Assembly: GCA_043228905.1 (NCBI GenBank)
Contig: JBHGNT010000004.1
Location: 14,012,001-14,076,000, forward strand
Length of the DNA stretch: 64,000 nt
Direction: 5' to 3'
Source: Azolla caroliniana
Lineage: Eukaryota > Plantae > Polypodiophyta
The position numbers and the translations under genes are program-made. Below the pieces are notes generated by a model. It searched no databases and was not told the origin of the DNA. It saw only the letters and a list, made by a program, of their open reading frames with translations. Positions 48,046 to 61,159 of this stretch are shown here, one piece after another (the first letter of the stretch is position 1; each line of letters begins with the position of its first letter).

Positions 48046-51000
48046 CCGTTAACGCCTGCTTCTCGACTAAGTAGAGTAGCGCCACGTGGTCCACATGAAA
48101 CATGAACTTCCGCCCTAGTAAGTAATGTCGGAATTTGTTTACGTTGTTGTAAATCATCCCCAAGGCTTGATGCTCTATTGTTGAATAATTCCGCTCTGCA
48201 TCCGATAATTTATGGCTGGAGTAGTATACCGGCCGGTACCAACTAGGCTTAGTGAGCTGCATTAGCGCGTTGCCGATTGCAATGTCGGAGGCATCCACAA
48301 ATACATGGAATGATTTAGACCAATCTGGGGGCTGTGCGACGGGCGCTTGGATCCATATTACTTTGAGTGCCTCATATGCCTTATCTTCTGTTGCTGTCCA
48401 TTTGAATGGAGTACAGTGTATTGCGATGTGGAAGGGGGTAGCGAAATCCGCCCAGTTATCATAACATACGGTTGTGCCAGCGTATTTGCTCGAGGAAGCG
48501 ACTAAGTGCTTTTGCGTTACTGGGAGTTTTTGCTTCCACGATAGCCTTAATTTTGTTGGGATCTGCCGCAATCCCCTCCTTATTCACGATGTGTCTAAGA
48601 AGAGTTGCACTGGTGACCCCGAATGCGCATTTAGCCGGATTAAGGCTGAGGCGTGAGGTACGACCTCGTTCAAAACATAGCCGCAAATGGCTAAAATGTT
48701 CTCCTTGCGTCCCATATACTGTGAAGTCATTGAGAAAGAGTTGCATAAACGTAGGTATAAAGTCACCGAAGATTTCCATGATAGTTAGTTGAAACGTGGC
48801 GGGGGTCTTCTTTAGGCCGAACATCATAACCACCGCTACGAATACTCCAAGTCCGTGACGAACGCAGTCTTCTCCTGATCGTTTGGGTGCATTCGTACTT
48901 GATTGTATCCACTAAAGCCATCCAAAAAACTATACATGTCATGGCCTGCAACCACGTCTAATACGCTATCCGTAAATAGTAAGGGAAATGCATCTGTAAT
49001 TGTAACGACATTTAATTTACGGTAATCGACGCATACACGTATTTTCCCATTTTTCTTTGGCACCACCACTATCGGACTCGACCATGTGGCCTGTTTTACT
49101 GGTCGGATGAACCCCGCTTTCAAGAGCTTGTCAATTTCTTCCTTTACACGGGCTGCGTAATTTGGGTTCATACAATAGCGTCTCTGCTGCACCGGTTTTG
49201 CATCTATGGCCAAGTTAATCTTGTGTTCATAAAATTTCGGGTCCAACCCTTCATGTCTTCATGAGACCATGTGAAGACATCCTTAAATTCCCGGAGTAGC
49301 ACCGTCATGGCCGTTTTCTCATTTGGCATCAGGTCCTTAGCGATTGAGAGCAGCTGTGGAACCTTTGTGGTTCCGATATTAATCTCCTCCAATGCGGACG
49401 TGATAACCCTTTGCGAGATTTCCATTTTCTTCTCGAACGCTTCTCGTGCTCTGCTTAGCTCCAACATAGACTCGGGATCAGGTTCGTATTCCTCTTCTTG
49501 GGGCGTACTTGTTGGGGCGTACTCACTAGCGGCCTCGAGGACATCAATTTCAAATAATGGTATTATCCGCGGGTTTTCGTCGAGGTACGCGTCCAACACT
49601 GTATCCTCCAAACCTTCTAGCATATTAATTTCTTTTGTGTATAGTGGCATTATAGCTTTGGTCAGTGTGGATGTTTCCTGCGTCGGTACGCGGACCTTGC
49701 TTCGTCCACGTCGGAAGCTAATGGAGTTATGCTGCCAATTCTACTTGATATTAGGAAACCGTAACCATGGTCTGCCTAACAAAATTGGGTATGCTCCTGG
49801 GGCTTCCAACGCGAGCACGACCACAGAAATCTCAAAATGACGGTAACGTTCTTCTTGACGAACTTGGTCATTTCGGTAGTATTGTCATTGTGGTTCCATA
49901 TGGTGAACTATCGGTGTGGCCTAGTTCAACATATTATATTCGCACTGGTCCACCGTATGCGCTCGCGAATGGCAAATGGGGCAACATATCCACATATTAC
50001 AATCCACTACAGAGTGCCCTGAGTTCAAGCAGATTGTACATTGAATGCCTTGGCGGAATCGATATTCCTTGTCGTGGGGCAATGCCTGCCGGAGCGATGC
50101 CATAGAAAATCCTTCATCCTCGTCTTCTAGTTCGAGCTGCAACGCCGACTCGATAATCATGTCCGCCGTCTCATCCTTCACATTTTGTGTAGTCAGTGTA
50201 GTCCTGATGGGTCGTCGTAACGCTGCCAAAAATATGTCCTTAGCCTCGTCCTCCATCGGAACACGTGTGAGTTGACGCCGTAGGCTTTCAAATCGTAGAC
50301 TGAAATCATCTACGGATTCTTTCGAAATTTGTTTGATGGTGTAAAACTGGCCGATAATCTCACGTTGCGGGACACTCCGATGGATGAATTACAAAAATGA
50401 CGATTGAAGCTGGTCAAACGTCGTGAACGACATGATATTGAGCGAGGAATGCCAGCGAGCAGCGCGGTCGTCTAAGGTTATCCTGAACTCGACGATCTTC
50501 GTTGCGTGAACCTCCGGAAGTCATTGTGCCATGTGATTAGCGTTCCAAATGCTGAGGAATGCGACCAAATGTGGTTCGTGGCATCGGTTTCGCCGTTGAA
50601 ACGGGGGTAGGAGAAAGCCATGCTGGTTGCGACGGTTGTGCTGAGAAAGGGGTTGTTGCTGCTATCGAGATGAGGCTTCTTGTGAGCCTTTGTAACTATA
50701 GCTTGATCCGGTGGCGATAGGGCTTCCTGCTTGATGCCACTTTGCTTCGTGAGCGTGGATTCTATCGTATATTCCAGGAGAGAAGGGGCACGGTCACTGA
50801 GGCGTGGTTTTCGCACAACGCGTTCTTTTGTCTGTCAAGTGACTGACCTAGTTAGTGGTTCATCTTGTCAAGTGGGTTCTCTATTACGTCGGCGGCTAGA
50901 CATCCATCCCTTGCTGCTCGGCTATGAGGATTCACAGATCACCGGGCGTGCCAAAAATGTTGCCAGTTAGGAACATTGCCTGCCCTTAGTCCTTTGGGGT

Positions 51001-51426
51001 AGGTATCCAGGTGATCGTGGTGCAAGGGTAGGATCTTGCGTAGCACTTGGAACGTATTGACTTATACCGTTAGAGCGTGTTTACGTAAGGCATAAAACTG
51101 GAGACGGCTACAACCGAGCTCCTAATGTGCGTAACAATGCGCATGTACTCCTCTTGCACATTTACGCTTAAACACTCACACAGAGAGAACAGAGAAGAGA
51201 CCAGAGATAAGAGATGGAGCTTAGAGAAGACAGAAATTATATTAAACGACTGTGCTCAAAAATGCGCTAACCCTTTACAATGTTCATAGGCCCTTCATAT
51301 ACACATGCCCTAGTCGGTTATGCTTCCTGCGTGAACCGTTACACCCGTTACTTCAACGCTTCTATTATAATTAATACGCTTCTTTATTATGTGTTATTTA
51401 CATTTGTCCTCCTATGGTGGACAACA

Positions 51427-53195
51427 CCTTGATCTACGATCAGACTGACCGACATAGTTCTTGGTGATTGTCCGTACATGTAGGACGTTCCTCATGATTC
51501 CCTTCTAACCGACATGGCTCAGAGGGACATCTCATGCGCACGATGGGATGCGGGGTGTCGTCCTCGATTTCGACTACCCCCGACTTCTCCAACTTTTTGA
51601 GAAAGGAGAACCACTCTTTGTGGTTCATCATGTGGTTTGAAGCTCCGAAGTTCACATACCAAACTTCTTCCGACTTTGAGTTGGATACTCTTTGTGGTTC
51701 ATCATGTGGTTTGAAGCTCCGAAGTTCACATACCAAACTTCTTCCGACTTTGAGTTGGATACTCCCATCCGGTTGGCCTTATGCTTCATTACGAGGGCCG
51801 GTTCCGACCCGACTCTCTCTGACCCGACAACGAAGTGCGATCGATGACGCATGTCCGCGTCTTTCTGACTCGATCCGGCTTTGTCCGAATCAGCTCTCTT
51901 CTTCCAACACTCCCTTTCTTTATGGCCCTTCCGACCACAGTACCAGCATTCCGTTTCGGCCTTTCCTTGCCAGTTTCTGGCTCTACCACCTTGACTCCCC
52001 CTACTTCTGGAGGGTCCGAAATTGCTATCGATACCATCTTTGTGCCTCCGATTCTGCTCATGTTGGCCGCCTGCATTGTGGGCCGATCCACTCCGTCCAT
52101 CATGACCACGGGACCTCTCTTCCTCCGTGTACAACATCTTGTTGTCGGTGTGCATGCTCGTCGACGCACCCGTGTGGTTCACCTCTACAAGGACCATCGA
52201 CTGTAAGTCGAAAAAGGAGGGTGTATGCTCCCTTGTACATACTGCAGACCAGAATGCTCTGAACTTCGATGACAGGCCCCTGAGATAGACCTGCACCATC
52301 TCATCCTCCTCGACGGTCACGTTGATGGAGGCAAGTGAATTGTAGATGTTTTTGATATGGGCCGTGTAGTTGGGCCCCATTGCTCAATTCCTATCGGAGT
52401 TGCAGCTTCCGGGCTGTGGTGCTTGTGGAGAAGACCTCTTTTCAGGTTTCCCCAAGCTTCCTTTGGCATCTTGGCATGCCAGATATGGTTGAGCAGCTAA
52501 TCACCGACACTAGAGGTGAAGCAGTACATTACCTTGCTTGCCGCTTGTTCCCAAGCTGGGAAGTCCCTGTGTGCCGCATCAGGTGCCGTATCGTTAGCTC
52601 CGTCGACATAACTCCAGTAGCCATACCCGAGCAAGTACTGGTGCATCTTGTACGACCAAGATGCATATTTGGATCTGTCGAGCTTCTCCGTTGGGAGTGA
52701 GCTAGGCATTCCTTGGTCCATTCTCTCCTTTGTGTTCTTTACCGGGTGTTATAGGGTTTTTTTGTGAGTGTCACTCGTTGGCAGTAGAGGATTCTCAACC
52801 CTGGCTCTCTGACACCATGTAAAAGATAATGTGCAGAAGCTAAGACAAAATCAGCTAGTCAGAATAACAACAGAACACAGAACGAAGGTTTAATGGAAAG
52901 CTTGAATACACGGGAGAGACAGAGAGAGTAGAACAGTAAACTCAATTCAAAATAATCACACTCTATTCATACAAATGTCCTACAGAACACTCTTTATACA
53001 AGTCCTTAAAAGGACTGACAGAAGTATTGACATGTACTTCAATGCTCATATGAGCGACTGACACTAACTCTAAGGAATATGCCTACGTACTAGGCTCAAA
53101 CAGTAGGCTCCAACATCCTATCGGTTCTCACTATTCCAGAGTACGATCCGGTTCTCCGCTCGGGCTCTAAGTTCCGCATACCGATATATCCAACA
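51427..53195 (-). mobile_element. Copia E 5' part (LTR 52818-53195, PBS, gag, PR)
   Basis: Minus-strand TGGTGTCAGAGAG abuts the LTR. EKLDRSKYASWSYKM, CWYCGRKGHKEREC and WYVNFGASNHM motifs. 74-bp tandem duplication at ~51614-51763. Confidence 0.85.
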
Positions 53196-54200
53196 CCAAT
53201 TTAGGTACCTATCTGGTTCTCCGTTCCAAATACCAATCTGGATCTGGTTGAGCATGCCCGTTCAACAAAAAGTGATTAGTGACTTTTGGCCTTTATAAAT
53301 AGGCCTATACACATTTACACAATATAAGGGGTCATTTAGGGTGTTTACCCCAACAACCTCCCACTTAAAGGCATAAATGACGCCTTTAAGCTACGTCACT
53401 CCCACCATTTGTATACATATCTGATGTTGTGTTTTGGATAAGCATTTTGTGAGTACATCTGCAGGGTTTTGTGATGTATGGACCTTAATCAATGTGATAA
53501 GGCAATCCTCAAGAACTTCTCGAATGAAGTGATATCGCACATCAATATGTTTTGTGCGTGCATGAAACATAACATTCTTTGCCAAATAGATGGCACTCTA
53601 GCTATCACAACCAAGCATAGGTGCCTGTTTAGGCAAACCAAACTCACTGCAAACACGCGCTAACCATATTGCTTCCTTAGAAGCCTTAGTGACTGAAATG
53701 TATTCGGCCTCGGTAGTGGACAAAGCAACAATCTTTTGCAGCTTACTACACCATGATATAACACCATCTGCAAGTGTGAATACATAGCCGCTTGTGGATT
53801 TCCATGTATTCAGATCACTTGCCATGTCAGAGTCACAAAAACCCTTTAACTCTAATGGGTCTTTTCCATAATAGAGGCATTTATTTTCAGTCCCTTTTAA
53901 GTACCTCATAATGAACTTTACTATATTCCAATGTGCCTTGCCCGGATTAGCCATGAATCGGCTTACAACTCCCACTGCATAGGCAATATCAGGTCTAGTA
54001 GCAACCATAGTATACAAGTGAACCACAAGCTGAAGCATAAGGTACACCTTGTATGTCATTGATTGCTTCTTGTGTCTTAGGAGATCTTCCTTAGAGATTT
54101 TATCATATGGTTGTAATGGCACTGCAACAGGCTTTGCAGTAGCCATACAAAATCTGTCCAACACTTTATCAATGTATTTTTTCATTAAAAACTTGACTAG
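53196..54200 (-). mobile_element. Copia F 3' fragment (RT-RH, PPT, part of the 3' LTR)
   Basis: TRPDIAYAVG, STTEAEY, HARTKHID and NPADVLTK motifs. PPT AAGTGGGAGGT 53356-53366 next to the LTR start at 53355. Confidence 0.85.
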
Positions 54201-54204
54201 ATGT

Positions 54205-55670
54205 TTGTTAGGACTTAGGATTAACATAAACGACAACCTTCACCATTAATGTTTGTACATAAACCATCAATCATGATTAACATAAACCACAACCTTCACC
54301 AGGACTTGGACTCATGATTTAAATTGCGACAAAGTTCTTAGAGAGGAATGTACCTCATGAAAGGCTCAAAATGAACAAGGATCCAAATCCCATGATGTAA
54401 GCCTTTCAACCCATGATCAACATTTACCGTCAACCAATTATGCTTGCCATTTATATAATCCATTATAACACCTAAACATATCATTCTAAATAGTCACCCA
54501 AGCATGCTATGATGTGATTGATGTGAAGTCTTACTAGAGTTTAAAACCGTTGACAAGGAGATAATTCTTTGGTTCATTCAATTGCTCAACTGGAAATTAT
54601 AATTGTAATAGAAGAACATACCTCAATAAGAGACCGGTGTGACATGTACAACAAGTCCATCAAGTCCTAAACTAAGGAGGATGGTTTTGATGGCATTGTG
54701 GTAGAAATGTAGAGTCACTAGATGAGTTGGCACTCATTCATGCTTCTTTTGTTTGGGTTTCCTATCTTGAATTCTAATGGTGCCCTTGTTGATAGGAATT
54801 ATGTGTGTGGAATAATGTTGTATGTGTCAATGAAACATATGTTGTCCTCTTTGTGCAATATTTGGGTGGGAAAATGTGTAATTGTGTAAATTTGTGCCTA
54901 TGTGTTTTAAATGCTCTGATAGTATTTTGATGATAAAAAGTTTGCGACAAAATTAGTGAATGTGTGAAAAAGAGGCATAAATAAGTGAATCCTAGGTTTA
55001 TTGTTTTGCATTGGTCGCCGACACGATAGCAATAGAAGTAGTGGCATCGACACAACACCGATCGTTGCATTGATGGGGGGGAAACAGCCCATCAATTGGT
55101 CCTTCTGCTCCTCTTCCTCATTGCTCCTTGATTAATAACTCTCACCCACTAATGTGTATGTGTATATCTCTGATTATATAGATTTGCACACCTAGGGTTT
55201 ATTCTTACATACATACATATATATAAAAATATGTATTTAGATATTTGTCCCTAGCTCAATATAACAGTTCTTGGCCGGATCGGCACCCAACTGATCACGA
55301 CCGGCTCATAGCCGACCCTTTGTGCATAGCCAGCTCCGTAGCCGGCTTTGGTTCACATCAGCCTTTTCTCCCATAAGGAGGGTCAACATTTCACAATAGT
55401 TTTCAACCTCTATGCTTGATAACGTGACAATTGGATGCGTCTTGTTGCTCCATGATATGGCCCAGTCAGCACCTATGTACCCTTTGAATCAAATTGTTTA
55501 TAGAGAATGCATAATCCATGTTGCCACTCACGTAGCGCTCTCTTAGAAAAATCTAGATGCATATCATGTGGTGTTTGCATGAATTGACGAAGGAGGATGA
55601 CTAGATAACTAAGGTCAGGTTGGGTGATAATGAGATAGATTACACTGTCGTGAAGTTTTTTGGCAACGGT
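54205..55670 (-). mobile_element. Highly decayed Copia remnants
   Basis: Degenerate PBS-like GCTCTGATAGTA (54913-54924), an LTR-like piece ending CAACA at 55388, and RT/RH remnants (TQPDLSYLV, GADWA) at 55390-55670. Confidence 0.5.
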
Positions 55671-55794
55671 GTGAAAATCACATGGAACGGAGAAAATCGA
55701 GAAGGTGCAATGTGCACACGAATGAATGGGGCACACTCGTACGTTAGCATGTTGTAAATATGAATGAAATGACTCGTGCATACCAAGGGGTGGA

Positions 55795-55855
55795 AGTAAA
55801 GTTTGAACCTTGCACCTCCAAGTTAAGATACAATTGACTTACCATTAGGCTAAGT
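55795..55855 (-). other. Second tRNA-derived (SINE-head-like) segment
   Basis: Minus strand TTAGCCTAATGGTAAG...GAGGTGCAAGGTTCAAAC, with the same box spacing as 47880-47945. Confidence 0.55.
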
Positions 55856-55869
55856 TGTTACTTGTTGTA

Positions 55870-57890
55870 TATAAACCTTCCCATTACGGTAGAGTAGACC
55901 GTTAGCAATGTGGAAGTATTCCTTCGAGGATGTGGTGGTGTCTATTCCAGACTCAACTCTTGCCTAGTATTTCGCAAAATAAATGTGATCAGGATACTTT
56001 CCTCGAAGGTGATCATAAAGATCTAATGTTATTTCAGTGAAGCTAAGCATGTTAACTTCACAGATGCGACTTCGTGCATTAGGGACAGTGTTCATGAAAC
56101 CTTTACGATATCGTTGGAAAAATCAATGTCCTGGATGAGATCAACCCATTGTAACTTAAGTTTCAAGAACTCGTGGTCCGTAGTTACCGCAAAGCGATTT
56201 CCATAAAGATAATGGGGCCATGTTTTGAGCGCATGTATAACTGCAAATAATTCATTTTCTTGAACGATATATCAACATTGAGCAGAATCAAGTTTCTTAC
56301 TCTCAAATGCTATTGGTTTACCATCTTGATATAAGACAACACCTATAACATAATCGCTTGCATCGGTTTCAACCTCAAAAGGTTTTGAAGGATTAGGTAA
56401 AAGAAGCAAAGGAGCCTTGCATACCAGGTCCTTCAGTTCCTTAAAGGCGAGGTCTAGCTAGTGTAGCATTCTAGACAATAGGTTTTGTAGACTTACGCGT
56501 TTGATCTTTTAGAAGATCAGTAAATGACGTTGTCAATTGGGAGTAATTACGAAGGGATTTTCGCAAAAACCCGACAAAACCAAGGAATGATCGAACTTCT
56601 CGAATATTCCGAAGAGTGGGCCAAAGCTTGATTTTCTCGATGCAAGAAGGATCAATTTCAACTCCTCGTTCGGTTATGAGACGTCCAAGATAAGTAATTG
56701 ATTTCTTGAAGAACTCACATTTTGAGATCTTCGCATAACGTTTGTAAAACAAAGCGGACATGTTTAGCATGTTCTTGTAATGTACAACTATAAACTAAAA
56801 TATCATCCAAGAAAATAACGACAAATTTTCCAATTTGTTCTCGGAAAATGTCTTTCATTTCTTGTTAAAATGTAGCTAGAGCATTGGTCAAACCAAAAGG
56901 CATAACCAAAAACTCATAATGGCCATAACGCATACGAAATGTTGTTTTAGGAACATCGTCCTCACTTATACGAATTTGATGGTAGCTAGTATGGAGATCA
57001 AGTTTCGTAAAATACCGAGCTCCCTAGAGACGGTCAATTAGATCGTTAGCCCGGGGCAATGTATACGAATTCTTGATCGTCACTTTATTCAAGCATCGGT
57101 AATAAATAGACATATGCCATGTGCCCTCTTTCTTTTTAACTAAGAGAATTGGTGCACCCCATGGAGATTTACTATAACGTATATAACCCATTTGTAAATA
57201 GTCCTTGAGTTGCTTAGATACCTCATCCTCTTCGAATCGACTTAAGCGATAAGGAGGTATACTTATTGGTGCAACGCCAAGTACAATATCTATACGATGG
57301 TCTATATTACGTTTAGGAGGTAACCCATCTGGTAGTTCACTCAGAAAAAACATCACGAAAATCATTTAAGATTTCATCAAGTTGATATTGTTCAAAATAT
57401 GTTAATTGAACCAAGACATTATCGATATTGTAAACATGAATGTCCGGATCAAGTACACAATAAAATAGAGTAGAACAAGACAACTCGGATATTGATGGAG
57501 AGGAAACAATCGAGAGGGATTGTTTATTTACACATTGAATAAAATGACTACAATCATTCAGTACAAATGTTATTGAATGATGAACCCAATCAATAGATAA
57601 AGAAGAGCTTTTATTATAGAACCGAGTATAACCCAGTATTACATAAGTGGTACAAAGATTCATTACATGGAAGTCTACTTCCTCTATATTAGTATCAATA
57701 GAAATTCCTAATGAATGAATCGCCCCATTGATGTATTGTACTCTTCCATCATCCAAGTGCACCGTATAGGTGTGATCACTAACGGTGGGTTGGATTCCCC
57801 ATATATGAACCAAACGATCATTCACAAAGTTGTATGAGCTTCCTAAATCAAACAAAAATTGTACGGGAGATCCATTGATATACCTATTTG
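55870..57890 (-). pseudogene. Chromovirus-type pol fragment (PR-RT-RH), same family as 16300-19065
   Basis: Near-colinear reverse complement of ~16310-18375. Confidence 0.92.
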
Positions 57891-60783
57891 TGTTGAGAAG
57901 GAAGCTCAACAAATCTATGTGATGTTTATTCAGAAATAAGCTATAGTAGCTATTAGCTAATTAGCTACTAGTGGACATAGAGGTGAAACAACTATTTAGC
58001 TATTGACAACTATTTAGCTACAGACATCTAATTAGCTGCATATATAAAGTCACTTATGTACTTAGGTAAAAAGTAGAAAAGTAGTAAGTAGTGTAGAAGA
58101 GTGAGAGTAGTGTAGAGAGAGTAAGAATAGAAAAACAGAAAATAGACGAGAGCGAGTTGAGCTCTGCGTGTAATGAAGTAGAAGTTTTTTGGATTGTGCA
58201 GAGGTAAGCCTCCTTCCCCTTCCCTTTTTTCTGTCTTGAGCACTAAACGATCTAGCACATCACGATCCGTTGTGCACACAGAAGAGCCGAAGCGCCTTCG
58301 TAACATGGTATCAGAGCAGAGTTGCTCATAAAGAAGAGTATAACAGTGCCTTTGTTTGTTGATCTGAATCAGAGAGTTACTTGTTGAAGTAATTGTAGCA
58401 AAAGCCCTAATAGAAAGAGAAAATGGTTGCTGAGAATGCAGGCCAAATCGTTACAGAGAAATTAGATAAAAACAATTTCCCGGCATGGAAATTTAGAATG
58501 ACAAATTTCCTTATGGGGAAAGGATATTGGGATTACATTGAAGGAGACCTAGAAGAGGCTCCAAAGATCCCGGAAGAAAATGCCACAACAGCACAGATCA
58601 AAGCATTTAAAGATTGGAATCAAGGGGCAAGAAAGGTAATGCATTGGCTATCACTTAGCATTTCAGATTCGATGCTTGGACACATATAGGATGCTATGCT
58701 TCCAAAAGAAGCTTGGGATAATTTAGTAAAACTGTTTGCAGTGAATACAAAGGCAAGAAAGCTCCAGTTGAAGACTGAGCTAAATACCTTGGAAAAAGGT
58801 AAGATGTTAGTGAATGAGTATGCTCTGAAAATAAAGAGCATATGTGAATCACTTGCTTCTATCAATGTGAAGGTAGAAGATGATGATAAGGTGGAAATAT
58901 GCTTAAGAGGCCGAGGACCTCAATACAAGAGTTTCAAAACATCTATTCTCATAAAGGATAATATCCCAAGTTTCTAGATCTGGTTTCAATGCTTGTAGTA
59001 GAAGAAAGAAATCAAATGGATGATGTAAACAAAGGAAACTCAGAGAATGAGGGCCAAGCCCTACAATATTGCTAGAAGAGGCCGAGGAAGAGGCCATGGA
59101 AGATTTGGTTCAACTAGAACCAACAACAATAGTTATCAAGGAAGAGGACAACAGGCTGTAAGTGGAAGAAACAACATCAGAGGCAGGGGGACCAATCGAG
59201 GAAGAGGTAAGCAAACCTATTTGAATGATGATGGTTGTTGGTATTGTGGAAAACCAGGCCACACACAGGTTGAATGCTATAAAAAGAAAAATGAAGAGAA
59301 AAGAGGGAAGAGACAGTTAAATAATTATGCCTAAACTAGTGAAGATTGTGATAAAGATGGTGCATTTGTGATGTAACATGAAACAACAACAGTGGTTGAA
59401 TGTTCATAGAGATGCAATGAAGAGTTTATGTGGTATGTAGATTCTGGGGCATCTAATCATATGACAGGACATAAAAACTAGTTTGAAAGGTTAAGAGAAC
59501 CAGAGATTCCTGGTTATGTACAGACAGGTGAAAATACTAGTCACCAAATAGAGCATGTTGGAGATATCCCATTGTAGGAAGAAAGAGGAAAGACAAAATA
59601 TATTTTGAATGTAATGCATGTTCCAAACCTTGCTAAAAATCTTATTTCTGTTGGACAAATAGTAGAGCAAGGAATGCAGGTTAAGTTTAAGCAAAGTGGA
59701 TGCTTCATAGAGAAAAATGGAAAGCTCATTGCAAAAGGAAAATGAGAAGCAAGGATGTTTGTGTTAGATGTGGATATGCCTAGGAAGATTATAGCCATGT
59801 TTGTAGAAGGAATGAGTGTAATCTCAGATGTGGAAATGTGGCATAAAAGAATCAATCACATAAGCATGCAAACTTTGAAAAATATGTTGAGGAAAGATGT
59901 AGTGGTTGGACTACCTAAGCTAAAAGACTGTGAGATGGGAAAAGTATGTGAAGCATGTCAATATGGAAAGCAAAACAAGTTGCCTTTCCCTCATGAAAGA
60001 CATGTAAGTAAAAATCTGTTGGATTTGGTACATACGGATGCATGGGGACCAACAAAAAATGCATCTATTGGTGGCTGCAGATTTTATGTAACCTTCATTG
60101 ATGATTGCTCAAGGATAACATGGGTTTACTTCATGAAAGAAAAAAGTGAAGTGTTTGATTGTTTTTGTAAGTTTAAATGCATGGTAGAAAAGTAGGTTGG
60201 AGCTAGAATAAAATGCCTAAGATCTAATGGAGGAGGAGAATACTTCTCAAATGAGTTTTTTGATTTTCTATCTAATCAAGGGATAAGGAGACAGTTTACA
60301 TGTAGATATACTCCACAACAAAATTGTTACGGGCATGACCATTTAATATCCCGTGGTGAGAATTTACCGTAGTATTCTATACACGTGGATAAGTGTGAGG
60401 GTTAAACGAGAGTGTAAAGAAGGGGAGGATTACTTTTAATCCTCGGGATTGAGACAACCCATTTGGTCAAGTGTGAACTTGCTTGGGGGCCTTGGGTATC
60501 GCTATAAATAAGAGGCCTAGCTACCCTCATTTGATCATCTTTTGACTACATCAAGACTCTCCTCTTGTGGTGGGTCAACTCTTGTAGCGAGCGCGAGAGC
60601 ACCTGGTACGACTCGACGCCATGGCGGTGGTATGGGACGCCGATCGAGGCTCGAGTCCATCTCGATCCCTTCGCTCGGGGGTGGTCGGGTGGATCGGCAC
60701 CCTTCTTTCTCTTTCTCCTTTCTATCTATCATTACTTTATCCTTATCTTAAGCTTACTTTAGTACCTAGATCTCTAATATTTG

Positions 60784-61159
60784 CTCCCCCGAGTTCTCGG
60801 CCGACATATGCAATCTTCGTACTATCTAGCGTGGGATAGAGCTCAAAATGAGACTCCCATCGTCCCAGCCATGTGCAGATTGCTTCTTCGGTTTTTTCCT
60901 TTTTGTCTCCCGTAAATGGCTTAACGACAAATGATGGTTCACCTTGTCGCTCATCAGGTCTATTAGTCTCACGTTGTAGACTAATGACACGTGCCTCGAG
61001 AGCACTTTGAGATTGCCGAAGTTCGGTCATCTGTTGAGCGGTGAAACTAAGGTATTGGGTTATTTGTGCCAAATACATCTCAGTGGACATTTGTCCAGGA
61101 GGATTCCCTTGAGTTCCTTCCGCTTGAGCGGATGACATCCGGTCGTTAATTTGAGCCAT
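60784..61159 (-). pseudogene. N-terminal part of a gypsy-type Gag, cut at the inverted LTR
   Basis: Coiled coil, then KPFTGDKK...ICTWLGRWESHF...KIAYVGRELGG, typical of the start of a Ty3 capsid. Confidence 0.7.

Larger units (their letters stand above)
44150..51426 (-). mobile_element. Gypsy-2: older degenerate relative of Gypsy-1
   Basis: 5' LTR 50958-51426 (TGTTG...CAACA), PBS TGGCACGCCCGGTG 50940-50953, gag ~49920-50820, pol ~45775-49840, extra ORF remnants ~44150-45680. Confidence 0.9.

Noticed and set aside
16310-57890. Inverted pair of chromovirus pol fragments ~40 kb apart as ends of one giant element
   Set aside because: Each has independent mutations and is truncated by different insertions; there is no shared terminus or TSD.
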